Assembly (NCBI GenBank): GCA_036785375.1
Contig: JAWMAR010000045.1
Location: 3,658,001 to 3,722,000, forward strand
Source of the DNA: Leucoraja ocellata
Taxonomy: Eukaryota
Length of the DNA: 64,000 nucleotides
Direction of reading: 5' to 3'
How positions within the stretch are numbered: the first letter of the stretch is position 1; every line of letters begins with the position of its first letter. A program made the position numbers and the translations under genes. This document shows positions 11,660 through 23,893 of this stretch, piece after piece. A model generated the notes under the pieces. The model was not told the DNA's origin, did not search any database, and saw nothing but the letters and a program-made list of their open reading frames with translations.

Positions 11660-14600
11660 GGCAAGTCCCTCTTCAATTAATTTGTGAGTATTTTTCTTTC
11701 TTTCTTTCCGGTACCGTACTTATTGACTGCAATCAAAATAAATGGTGTCCAGCCAGCTTCCAGATCTTTGCCGAAACTTCGTTACACCCAGACATGTCTC
11801 TTCATTCCAATTGTTTTCCCCTCGCCCCTTGAATAGCTTTCAATTAGCTCTTTTGGCCAATATGAGGAACTGAGAAAAACCTGAAGCCCCTCCTTCTCAA
11901 AGCAGTCACATCAGCTTGGTCCCTTGTAAGTCGAACACATTTCTAGTATTGTTTAAAGAGGTGGGTAAGAAAGGCAGCAGGATGGCAAGAGCTGGCAGTT
12001 AATCGGGGAATACAGGTGAGTTGGGGTTGATTAAATATAATGTCCCCCTCTTCATCAATATCCACAAAAGTTCAGATCATGTGGAAAATTCAAGAAACTC
12101 TAAGGGGTAAATAAGTCTGGATTCATTGCTATTTTTGTCAGCTCATCACATGTACATTTTTCATGGGTGAGAGATGAGGACCAAGTCTGATTTTTTTTTT
12201 CTCTCATTAAGCCATCCCTCGGGAACAGGGATATTGCACTACAGGGACAGGTTACTAGAGTATCTCTTCTTTGTACATTTTGTATATTTCAGCAATCAAG
12301 TCAACCTTAACTTGGAGCTTGGCCTCCAAACATATGTATTCCTAAGTTTGATTGCTGAGGTCAATGCAGTTTCTGGCCTGGTTGATGAAGCAAGTGTGGG
12401 ATCCTACAAATTTTACCACAGGTGGGTCTGAATAGTTTGAGATGGTGCACTTTTTCCTGTGTTTATGCCGAGTTTGTGTCTGATCTCACACTGAATTAGT
12501 CACCTTGGATAAAATAAAGGGTCCCAACCCAAATTGTTGTCTTTCCATGCCCTCTAGCAATGCTATTTGACCCACTGATTAATTCCAGCACTTTGTGCTC
12601 TGCCTGGGAAAAAGCCTGGCCATTAGTTCTATAGTTAACTGTTGCAGTTTAACATATTTGTTAAAAAAAAGACCTTATGATAGTTTACGAAAGAACTGCA
12701 GATGCTGGAAAAATCAAAGGTAGACAAAAATGCTGGAGACACTCAGCAGGTGAGGCGGCATATATGGAGCAAAGGAATAGTTTAATATATTTACGATAGT
12801 TTAATATATTCAGATTCCAGGTGTACAAATCTTTGTTGGGCAGAATAACAGCTTGAGAAGCTTAAAGTGAGAGTGTGTTGAATGTAATTTAAATGCCATA
12901 CATGTTGTGCAGTATCTGTGGATCCACAGTTCTTAAGGGGTTGGACAGGCTAGATGCAGGAAGATTGCTCCCGATGTTGGGGAAGTCCAGGACAAGGGGT
13001 CGCAGCTTAAGGATAAGGGGGAAATCCTTTAAAACCGAGATGAGAAGAACTTTTTTCACACAGAGAGTGGTGAATCTCTGGAACTCTCTGCCACAGAGGG
13101 TAGTCGAGGCCAGTTCATTGGCTATATTTAAGAGGGAGTTAGATGTGGTCCTTGTGGCTAAGGGGATCAGAGGGTATGGAGAGAAGGCAGGTACGGGATA
13201 CTGAGTTGGATGATCAGCCATGATCATATTGAATGGCGGTGCAGGCTCGAAGGGCTGAATGGCCTACTCCTGCACCTAATTTCTATGTTTCTATGTAACA
13301 TTAAATGTTTTATGCTTATTTAGATTTAAAGAAGTTTTCAGCAATTTGAGAATAGCTTTTGTTTCTGGATTCAGAACATGGTTGGTTGTAGTGATACGTC
13401 TCCGTGGTTTCTCAGCTGTGGTGTGTAAAAAAAAAAATGGAACACAATCAATCAGTTAAATGATGGGGTTGGATAAATATTCCAGAGTTTTGCTTGATGT
13501 TCAGTGGAGAAATGAAGAAATGACAGATTAAAGGTTGGAAATTGTCCAATAAATTCAGTAAATCTTAATTTTTAATGATCAAATAACAAAAAAATTAGAC
13601 ATTTGTTTCTTAAAGCACTCAACAAAATATAATTTCTGAATAGGTCAAACTCTTTCATTTTGTATATTTACAGACTTGTGCATGCGTTCTATTTTCAATT
13701 TATGAATACATGGAAAAGAAAACACAAATGATTAGTGATAACTCCAATGGAACAGTTTTGCAAAGTGCTTCCTCAATATATTCATGTATAACAGCATTCG
13801 ATGACCAAGAATGCTCATTGCTAACGACCAAAGGCTTTTCCACATATGAACTGAATACATATTTGGTGTCTTGAGCTAAATGCTGTAGACTATCAACTGC
13901 TGGTTGTGTTCTATTCTCTGCACATTTGGTTAGATTGAAGTAAATGAATAAAATGTGTGCGGTGAGTACAGTAGGCACTCTCATGCTGAGGCTTCATGCT
14001 TAGCAGCTTTAGCTACAAAAGTTAAAATTTTCCCCCAATATATTGTGGAGGTTTAACACCGGCATTTAGGCAATTAAAAGTACAGACCTAATTTCACTAT
14101 TAAATGTCTGCTAGTTTGATTTACTTAATTTGATAGTTTCATAAAAGCAAACTCATGTGGCACAAGTATACCTTCTCGTACAGGTTGGCTTTGGACTTGG
14201 TAACATTCCATAGAAGGGTAAAGTTGGCCATCTCAATTAAAGTTAGTTCCTCATGGCGAAGAATGATGGAATTTTGGATGTACTTCCTTTCAATCTTAAT
14301 CAACTGTAACGGAGAGGACAGGACACTAATGTGCTCCCAGACTTTTCACTCGTACAACTTTTATTTAGTTCATTGTAGATTTATGGGAGATAAGCAACAA
14401 TTATTTTGTCCAGTTTCTGTCTTCTGCCAAGGTTAGGATTGTATGACTGATGTCTCTGCATGAGAAACATGCCTGAGCCAAATGCTCAACAGGACAAATT
14501 AAACCTACAAAACACCATTCCATTGATTAATTCACTTTCTATATTACTGAGCTTGTAGCAGGATCTAATAAATGTATTTATTTGTTTTCTGTTCTTTCTT

Positions 14601-15298
14601 TCGTCTTTTTGAGGAAAACAATTACCTTATGCCCATGTATCACTAGAGAACCAGTGGTAGCTCTGCAGTACCTTACCAAACACCTCTTTCCCATGTGTGA
14701 GGATACAACAGAGTTGGGAGAACCTCTTAAAAACACACATACATGCGCACTTGTCATGAAGACAATGCAACGGTTGGGGCAATTTTTCTTGCATTCTCCC
14801 ACATCCAACTCATCGGGTTTGATACTATTCATAAAATCAATTGAACACAGCTTGAGATTCTGAAATTCAGAAATTCTTTGGTCTGCTTGCGTACAAGTTC
14901 ATGACGTATACCACAAAGCACAGCAAAGGTTAAAAATTGTACAGGAGAGTATTAGGTAAAGTAATCCAAGAAGTGGTAATTAAACTTGTGTTATTAAATG
15001 TGTGGGATGTTGGAAACAATTAATTAAATTGCTTTCAAATTTTGCATTTTCCTGCAGAAGTCAAGTCAAAGATGATGTGAAGTCATGCTGATACACAGAG
15101 ACGATGTAAGCATTAAAATGCAATGTAAATTCGTTCTACAGTGTTGTACTTTTAAGTTGTTGAAGGACTCATGATTATTCCATATGGAGATATTTTTTAA
15201 ATGTTATTTTTGGCAGAGGCTATATGTCACCCATTCTACAAAAACCATCAATAGGACTTCTCCAAGCTTACCGATAGCACAATATCAGTATTCCCCAT
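11660..15298 (-). pseudogene. Unidentified multi-exon gene remnant directly downstream of slco4c1
   Basis: Three open phase-0 exons: 15298-15272 MGNTDIVLS|gtaagc; 14859-14677 (61 codons) |gtaagg; 14303-14172 (44 codons) |gtatac. Then an acceptor ttttgtag at 14012 and a long protein-like region with stops, frameshifts and TE insertions down to ~11660. Confidence 0.6.
12930..13296 (+). mobile_element. CR1 3' end inserted in the pseudogene coding region
   Basis: ORF 12893-13204; near-identical to the copies at 3040 and 61464. Confidence 0.92.
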
Positions 15299-15632
15299 GC
15301 TTTTCTATTCTATAAAGCAAAATGCAGACTTTTTTTTTACATGCAGTTTTTGTGTTTAACCAAAAAAATACAATGTCAATTAGATTTAAAAAAACCTTGG
15401 CTCTCAATCAGATGTAAATAATTGATCCAAGGAACATCATAAATCAATACATTTGCTTGTGGTAAAGATACATTTTCCTGTGCAGGGCATTAAATGTGGA
15501 AATTTGTTATATATTTAAAATATACAGTTTCTCATACAAAGTTGTTTTATATTCATTGTTGCACAGACTTATTGGTTCAGTCATCACAATTCATTAATCA
15601 ATCAAAGCAATATTTTGGTCGTCCTCAAATCC

Positions 15633-15751
15633 TCATCTTGCGTTCAGCCTGTTATGAGACACATGTGAAATAGTTGTAACTCCTGTTGGAGGTTTATATA
15701 GGAAATGAGCTGCAGCAAGTGCGATAATGGTGATCACTTTGCAAGTTGCAC
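15633..15751 (-). CDS. slco4c1: SLCO4C1-like terminal coding exon with TGA stop
   Basis: gtttccag|GT... Translates (G)ATCKVITIIALAAAHFLYKPPTGVTTISHVSHNRLNAR*, matching the SLCO4C1 TCKVIT...FLYKPP motif. Confidence 0.93.
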
Positions 15752-16259
15752 CTGGAAACAAATTGTGCAGAGTTAAAACATGCTGACACTATATCATACA
15801 GCAGAGAGGGGAAACTCACATTATAATCTAGACCCCCAAGTTAAAATGTGAATGAGTTCAATGTTGGAGCACTGAAAAAGCCAAAATGGCACTCAAGCAA
15901 GAAACCACCCTTAATCTTATTGATTGGTACAACGGATGTGAGGGATTGGATGACCTATTCTTGCATTTACACATTTTCTTATAGGGATTATTCCCCATTC
16001 TCTGCCCTTGACTGTAAATCTTTCAGTATCCATTCAAAATACCAGTGAGGATTTCTGTCTTTCCCACCCTCTTGAGCAGTGAGTTCCAGAAACCTATCAT
16101 TTTGAAGGAGAAAACAAATGTTCTTCAACTCCTCACTAATCCTTCTATCAGTAAACTTAAATCTAAAATAAAAACAGCAAAAAAGACACTATAGTATACA
16201 TATGCTGGAACCTATAGCAGATAATAAACTGCCGGAGAAACTCAGTCGATCAGGCGGCA

Positions 16260-18850
16260 TCTTGGTATTGGTATTGAATTATTATTGTATAAAAAACAAT
16301 GATACAGTGAAAGGTTTGTTTGTGATCTATCCAGTCAAATCATTATATACATGAGTACAATCAAGCCATGCACAAGTATATCTGGTGCAGAATATAATTT
16401 TACAGAGAAAATGCAAGGAAGACTGCACCCCAGCTTATGGGAAGACCATGCAGTAGTCTGATTACAGAAAGGCAGCAGCTTTTCCTGAGCCTAGTGGTGC
16501 ATGCTTCCAAGCTTTTGTATCTTCTACCCAATGGAAGAGGGGAGAAGAAGGATTGATCGGAACAAACATAGTCCTTGATTATGATGGCTGCTTCCTTTAG
16601 GCAGCATGAAATGTAGATAGATCATTTTGAGGCAGCTGATCAGTGTGATGGACTGGGCTATGTCCACAATTCACAGCAATCTCTTGAGGTTCTAGGCAGA
16701 GCTGTTGACAAACCAAGCAGCAACACATCTCTGTTGTATGATTTCTAAGGTGCATCTGTAGAAGTTGGTAAGAGTCATTGGAGACATGCAGAACTTCCTT
16801 TGTTCACTGAAGAAGTAATGGAATTGGTGTGCTTTCTTGGCTGGATTCAATGTAGACGTGGAGAGAACTGGTTGGCAGACAGAAAGCAGAGGAGGAATCA
16901 ATGGATCCTTTTCAGAATGGCAGACAGTGACTAGTGGAAAGCCACAAGGCTCAGTCCTGGGACCCCAGTTATTTCCAATGTATATTAACGATTTAGACCA
17001 GGGACTTAAATGAAACATCTCTAAGTTTGCAGATGACACAAAGCTGGGTGGCAGTGTGAACTGCGAGGAGGATGCTATGAGGCTGCAGGGTGACTTGGAT
17101 AGGTTGGGTAAGTGGACAGATGCTGTATAATGTGAATACATGTGAGGTTATCCACGTTGGTGGCAAGAACAATGTGGCAGATTCTTATCTGAATGGTGTC
17201 AGATTACAAAACCGGGAGGTGCAAGGAGACCTCTGTGTGCTTGTACATCAGTCACTGAAAGTAAGCATGCAGGTACAGCAGGGCCCTGGTGAGACCATAC
17301 CTGGAGTATTTTGTGCAGTTTTGGTCTCCTAATTCGAGGAAGGACATTCTTGCTATTGAGAGTGCAGCAGAGGTTTACCTGGTTAATTCCCGGGATGGCT
17401 GGACTGACATATGATGAAAGAATGTGTTGTTTGGGCTTGTATTCGCTGGAATTTAGAAGCATGAGAGGGGATCTTATAGTTGAAACATAAAATTCTTAAG
17501 GGATTAGATGCAGGAAAAATGGTCCCAATGTTGGGGGAGTCCAGAACCAGAGGTCACAGTTTAAGAATAAGGGGTAGGCCATTTAGGACTGAGATGAGGA
17601 AAAACTTTTTCACCCGCTGAGTAGTGAATCTGTGGAATTCACTGCCACAGAAGGCAGTGGAGGCCAATACACTGGATGTTTTCAAGAGAGAGTTAGATAC
17701 AGCTCTTTGGGCTAACGGAATCCAGGGATATGGGGAAAAAGCAGGAATAGGGTACTGATTTTGGATGATCAGCCATGACCATATTGAATGGCAGTGCTGG
17801 CTCGAAGGGCCGAATGGCCTACTCCCAGACCTATTTTTTATGTTACGTTCAATGTAGTTGGTCCATGACAAATAGTTAGTGATATTTACTCTTGAAACTC
17901 TCAAGCATCTCCACGTTGCCACCATTGATGATGACTGAGGCATATACATCTCCTGAAGTCAATAACTAGCTCGTTCATCTTGCTGACATTAACGGAAAGT
18001 TTGTTGTCTTGACACCATGTTACAAACTCCTCTATCTCCTTCCTACACTTCATCTCACCATTGTTCGAGATCAGACCCACAATAATGGTGTCATCTGCAA
18101 ACGTATAAATGGAGTTAAAGTAGAATTTGGCAATGCGGTTGTGAATGTATTGGGATTATAGTAAGAGGTTGAGAGTGCATCCTTATTAGACACCGATGTT
18201 GATAATTATCGTGGACAATGTTTTGTTAACTGTCTTCACTAATTGTGGTTTATGAGTTAGCGAGTCGAGGATCCATTTGCAGAGAAGGGTGCTGACTCCT
18301 CTGTCCAGGAATTTGGAGATAAATGTGTAATTAGGGCTATAATGTTGAATTTGGAGCTATAGTCAATAAATAGGTCTGACGTAGGTGTTATCTAGATATT
18401 CCAGTGACCAGTGTTGTGCATAGAAGATATCTGCTGTGGACCTGTTGTGATGGTAGGTAAAGTGCAGTGGATTAAGGCTGTTTGGGAGGCTGGAGTTAAC
18501 GTTCATTATTACCAGCCTCTGAAAGCATTTCACAATGGTTAATCGGTGCCATTGGTCAGCAGTCATTAAGGCACGCTGATAGTGGTCTTCTTAAAGCAGG
18601 TTGGAAAGTCTGATATAATAGGGAGAGGTTAAAATGTCTATGAATACTCCTGCCAGCTGGAACATGCATGTCCTGTTGGTGTGGACAAGGATTACATCGG
18701 AGCTAGTTGCTTTCCGCAGGGTCACTCTCAGGAAAACCGATCTGACATTGGCGATAACGATGGTGGGTACAGTCACACCTGAAGCAGTCAGAGCAATTGA
18801 CGTAATTCCACTGACATTTTTTATTGAGATCCTTCCTCTGGACACCCAAG
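16260..18850 (-). mobile_element. Old Rex1-type LINE remnant interrupted by a CR1 (16860-17840, + strand)
   Basis: Minus-strand LTNFYRCTLE and IVKCFQRLVI..LNPLHFTY..NRSTAD motifs; the CR1 carries [10 protein letters not shown] and SKFADD. Confidence 0.75.
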
Positions 18851-19209
18851 TCCAGAAGAAGGCTGTCAACTCGACAGATTTCCCTCCACAGATTCTGCCT
18901 GACCCACTGATTTCCTCCAAATGCAAGAAACACTTATGTCAAGTTAGGCAGCATCTGTGGTGAGAGAAATAGCATTAACATTTCAGTTCAAAGTTACTAC
19001 ATCACTTAAATATCCTGCTCCTAGTTAATAATTTCTCTGAGATATGGTACATATACTTCCTATCCATATTATCTAGGCCCTGCATATTTTTTTTACACCA
19101 CTCAGTCTTTTCCAATTACTCTATCTTTGGTATAGACAAGCATCTGTGGTTCCTTGATATTATTTCATTTTCCCAATTTCCCATTCTACACCAATTTCCC
19201 TGTCTTATT

Positions 19210-19785
19210 AGAAACATAGAAATTAGGTGCTGGAGTAGGCCATTCGGCCCTTCGAGCCTGCACCGCCATTTAATATGATCATGGCTGATCATCCATATAA
19301 TATATTATTATAACCATATAACAATTACAGCACGGAAAACAGGCCACCTCGGCCCTTCAAGTCCGTGCCAAACACTTATTTTCCCCTAGTCCCATCTACC
19401 TGCACTCAGACCATAATCCTCCATTCCTTTCCCGTCCATATACCTATCCAATTTATTTTTAAATGATAAAATCGAACCTGCCTCCACCACTTCCACTGGA
19501 AGCTCATTCAACACAGGTACCACTCTCTGAGTAAAGAAGTTCCCCCTCATGTTACCCCTACACTTCTGTCCCTTAATTCTCAAGTCATGTCCTCTTGTTT
19601 GAATCGTCCCTACTCTCAATGGGAAAAGCTTATCCACGTCAACTCTGTCTATCCCTCTCATCGTTTTAAAGATCTCTATCAAGTCCCATCTTAACCTTCT
19701 GCGCTCCAAAGAATAAAGATCTAACTTGTTCAACCTTTCTCTGTAACTTAGTTGTTGAAACCCAGGCAACATTCTAGTAAATCTT
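19210..19785 (-). mobile_element. Two adjacent CR1 3' fragments from different subfamilies
   Basis: ORF 19386-19826 RFTRMLPG..LERRRLR..NFFTQRVV; a second tail at 19210-19295. Confidence 0.88.
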
Positions 19786-20061
19786 ATTCTCCAAATGCCA
19801 TTAACACTCCTTGATTTTCCCATCATCCACCTACACTGGGGGATAATTTACAATAACCAATTAACATAGCAACCTGCACATGTTTCAGATGTTGTCGGAA
19901 ATGTATATACCCATGAGAAGCGGCACCTATCCCTTTTCCACAGAGAAGCTTCCTGATGAATTACTCTATAATTTTGTATTTTTTTGGTACACCACATCTA
20001 CAGCTTCTTGCATCTAGTTTGATATCCCATGTGGGAGAGACCTTCGATTGGTCTCATCATT

Positions 20062-20682
20062 CATAGAAACATAGAAAAATAGGTGCAGGAGTAGGCCATT
20101 CAGCCGTTCAAGCCATGGCAGATCATCTAAAATCAGTGCCCTGTTCCTGCTTTTTCCCCATATCCCTTGATTCCTTTAGCCCTAAGAACTAAATCTAACT
20201 CTCTCTTGAAAACATCCAGTGAATTGGCCTCCACTGCCTTCTGTGGCAGAGAATTCCACAGATTCATAACTCTTTGGGTGAAGAGGTTTTTCATCATCTC
20301 ACACCTATTAAGATGCCCATTTCTTGGTGAACAATGCTGCCTGGAAGATCTAGCGGTGGCAAATGAGAAGACTGTCCACTGTGCAAGAACCTGGCCGAAC
20401 ATTTGAAACATAGATAATGGTCATGAAAGAAGAATCTCAGTCCTAAATGGCCTACCCCTTATTCTTAAACTGTGTATCCTGGTTCTGGACTCCCCCAACA
20501 TTGGGACCATTTTTCCTGCATCTAGCCTGTCCAATCCCTTAATAATTTTATATATGTTTCTATAAAGTTTCCTCTCATCCTTCTAAATTCCAGTGAACAC
20601 AAGCCCAGTCGCCCCATTCTTTCATCAGATACCTGTCCCGCCATCCCAGGAATTAACCTGGGGAACCTACGCTGCATTCCCT
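20062..20682 (-). mobile_element. CR1 3' fragment with an internal ~130-bp insertion
   Basis: FTQRVMNLWNSLPQKAVEA motif; CR1 sequence breaks at ~20300 and resumes at ~20435. Confidence 0.8.
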
Positions 20683-21112
20683 GTGGAAGCACAACACTTC
20701 AACTAGAACCACAAAACTGAAGTGAAAGCAAGTCAACCTCGATCCTGAGTGATTGGCTGAGAAGAAAAGTCAGAAACAGTGAAGGCATGTGTTCCAAGAG
20801 GCCTTTATCCTCTCTATTCGACTCTGTGACACATTACTTTTTATCTAGTTAAAGAACTTCCATCTGACATTCATAGTCTTAGAGGCTAGACTTCTTCCTA
20901 TTGACAGTTTGCACTGGTCTGAGCATCACTTTAAATTTACAATTCCTTTTGATCTCATGATTAAAATTAGCATGGGTGATTCCACATGCTCAGGACCTTA
21001 ACTCATGATGTTTCAACTCAAAGCACCATGAAAGAAATTGACTACTTAAAGTTTAGAATTTCATTTACATCTGTTTACATTTTTCCAAGTGGAGATTGAG
21101 TTAATATTTTAC

Positions 21113-21250
21113 CAATTGCTATGAATAAGAGAGCCATTTTTGGGTTGTCATAGGTCCAGCATGCACCCCGATGGCCACAGCCATCTTCATTCCATAGGAC
21201 ACAGGATTTATCAATCACTGTACCAAAAATAATCGGTCCTGGAATGGCAC
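21113..21250 (-). CDS. slco4c1: SLCO4C1-like exon
   Basis: tttacag|GT...ATTG|gtaaaa. Translates (G)AIPGPIIFGTVIDKSCVLWNEDGCGHRGACWTYDNPKMALLFIAI, the OATP IPGPIxFG..ID..C..W...CG..GAC motif. 138 nt, phase 1 to 1. Confidence 0.95.
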
Positions 21251-21436
21251 CTGTAAATTAGCAAAGGAAAAGTTAAAATAACAGTGAAAGGAATATTAAA
21301 CAATAATAGAACATGCTCGAAATGCTCATCAGTTCAAGCACCAACTGTACAGGGAGAAACAGTTAATGATCAGGATCAATGACTCTTCATCCGAACCTTC
21401 AACAAATCCTACATGTTCTGTGAACCTCTGGATTTC

Positions 21437-22060
21437 AATAGACAACAGACAATAGATGCAGGAGTAGGCCATTCGACCCTTCGAGCCAGCACCGCCATTC
21501 ACTGTGATCATGGCTGATCATTCCCAATCAGTACCCTGTTCCTGCCTTCTCCCCATATCCCCTGACTCCACTATTTTTAAGAGCCCTGTCTAGCTCTCTC
21601 TTGAAAGCATCCAGAGAACCTGCCTCCACGGCCCTCTGAGGCAAAGAATTCCACAGACTCACCACTAACAAAAAATGTTTCCATATCTCCGTTCTAAATG
21701 GCTTACTCCTTATTCTTAATCTGTGGCCCCTGGTTCTGGATTCCCCCAACATCGGGAACATGTTTCCTGCCTCTAGCATGTCTAAGCCCTTAACAATCTT
21801 ATATGTTTCAATGAGATAGCCTCTCATCCTTCTAAACTCCAGAGTGTACAAGCCCAGCTGCTCCATTCTCTCAGCATATGACAGTCCCGCCATCCCGGGA
21901 ATTAACCTTGTAATCCTACACTGCACTCCCTCAATAGCAAGAATGTCCTTCCTCAAATTAGGGGACCAAAACTGCACACAATACTCCAGGTGTGGTCTCA
22001 CTAGGGCTCTGTACAACTGCAGAAGGACCTATTTGCTCCTATATTCGATTCCTCTTGTAT
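21437..22060 (-). mobile_element. CR1 3' fragment
   Basis: ORF 21528-22016 YRALVRPHLEYCVQFWSP. Confidence 0.92.
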
Positions 22061-22835
22061 TTCCATCATAGCTACCAATGGTTACAAAAGAATATTAATG
22101 AGTAAATATTGATGCCAATAAAAACAACTGTCCCTGGCTTACCAAGGTGAGGAGATCAGTTCTGGAGAATGGAACAGCCTTATAATTTTGTCATCCACCA
22201 TCAACATTGAATACTTTCTCTATCCCCAAAATGCATTTTAGACTAAGAACACTCTGCCATTTCCATCTATGAGAAATGTTCTAATCTACAAAAATATATT
22301 TGCAAGGATCTTGTATAATTACTAATAGGCGTGAACAGATTTATTTTGATCAAATCATAGTTTTATTCATATAATCCATGTCGGGTACTGAATTACATTC
22401 TGAAGAGCTGGCAAAAAGATTGTTCAGAAAAAAAATACCCACCAAATTTTTCTCTAACCAATTCTTTATCTATTGTATTAACAAAAATGATCGTCGTAAT
22501 ACAGTTTAAAAACACATCCTAGAAATTGCAAAGTAGGAACAAGGAACTGCAGATGGTGGTTTATAAAACAAGGTACAAAATGATGGAGTAATTCAACAGG
22601 TGAGGCAGCATCTCTGGGGAACATTTCAGATCCGGACCCTTTTTCAGACTCGCTGAGTTATTCCAGCACTTTTTTTCCCAGCAAGACTAATGATCTCTCA
22701 ACCATCAGCTTCCCCCAGCTGTGATCTGGTCAGATCTTTCAAAGATTCCATTGTGGTTGCATGGAGCGCACAGCACCACAGTCCATCGGTCGACACAAAA
22801 TGCTGCAGTAACTCAACGGGACAGGCAGCATCTCT

Positions 22836-22868
22836 GGGTGACGTTTCGGGTCGAGACCCTTCTTCAGA
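22836..22868 (-). ncRNA. Minimal hammerhead-ribozyme motif of the Penelope pLTR
   Basis: Minus strand reads CTGAAGA-A-GGGT-CTCG-ACCC-GAAA-C-GTC-ACCC: CUGANGA core, stem II, GAAA, short palindromic stem III and a GUC site. A variant copy lies at 29377-29414 (+). Confidence 0.65.
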
Positions 22869-23893
22869 GTAGGAGCAAAGAGTAGGAGTAAACGGGTCCT
22901 TTTCACAATGGCAGGCAGTGACTAGTGGGGTACCGCAAGGCTCAGTGCTGGGACCCCAGCTATTTACGATATATATTAATGATTTGGACGAGGGAATTGA
23001 ATGCAACATCTCCAAGTTTGCGGATGACACGAAGCTGGGGGCTAGTGTTAGCTGTGAGGAGGATGCTCGGAGGCTGCAAGGTGACTTGGATAGGCTGGGT
23101 GAGTGGGCAAATGCAGTATAATGTGGATAAATGTGTGGTTATCCACTTTGGTGGCAAAACAGGAAAGTAGACTATTATCTGAATGGTGGCCGATTAGGAA
23201 AAGGGGAGATGCAACGAGACCTGGGTGTCATGGTAAACCAGTCATTAAAAGTAGGCATGCTGGTGCAGCAGGCAGTGAAGAAGGCGAATGGTATGTTAGC
23301 ATTCATAGCAAAAGGATTTGAGTATAGGAGCAGGGAGGTTCTACTGTAGTTGGACAGGGTCTTGGTGAGACCACACCTGGAGTATTGCGTACAGTTTTGG
23401 TCTCATAATCTGAGGAAAGACATTCTTGCCATAGAGGGAGTACAGAGAAGGTTCACCAGACTGATTCCTGGGATGTCAGGACTTTCATATGAAGAAAGAC
23501 TGGATAGACTCGGCTTGTACTCGCTAGAATTTAGAAGATTGAGGGGGGATCTTATAGAAACTTACAATATTCTTAAGGGGTTGGACAGGCTAGATGCAGG
23601 AAGATTGGTCCTGATGTTGGGGAAGTCCAGAACAAGGGGTCACAGTTTAAAGATAAGGGGGAAATCTTTTAGGACAGAGTGGTGAATTCTCTGCCACAGA
23701 AGGAAGTCGAGGCCAGTTCATTGGCTATATTTAAGTTAGATGTGGCCCTTGTGGCTAAAGGGATAAGGGGGTATGGAGAGAAGGCAGGTACAGGATACCG
23801 AGTTGGATGATCAGCCATGATCATATTGAATGGCGGTGCAGGCTCGTAGGGCCGAATGGCCTACTCCTGCACCTATTTTCTATGTTTTTATGT
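22869..23893 (+). mobile_element. CR1 RT/3' fragment inserted in Penelope, apparent TSD TTCAGA
   Basis: [22 protein letters not shown] and RPHLEYCVQFW motifs; ttcaga at 22863-22868 and 23894-23899. Confidence 0.92.

Noticed and set aside
12862-12902. Intron in the hidden gene between AT|gtatgg and ctttaag|
   Set aside because: Only ~40 nt, and the frame continues straight through with two TAA stops, so it is more likely decayed exon.
15058-15105. Plus-strand exon-like segment (ttttcctgcag...gat|gtaagc)
   Set aside because: It has stops in all three frames and I found no partner exons; at most a non-coding antisense exon.
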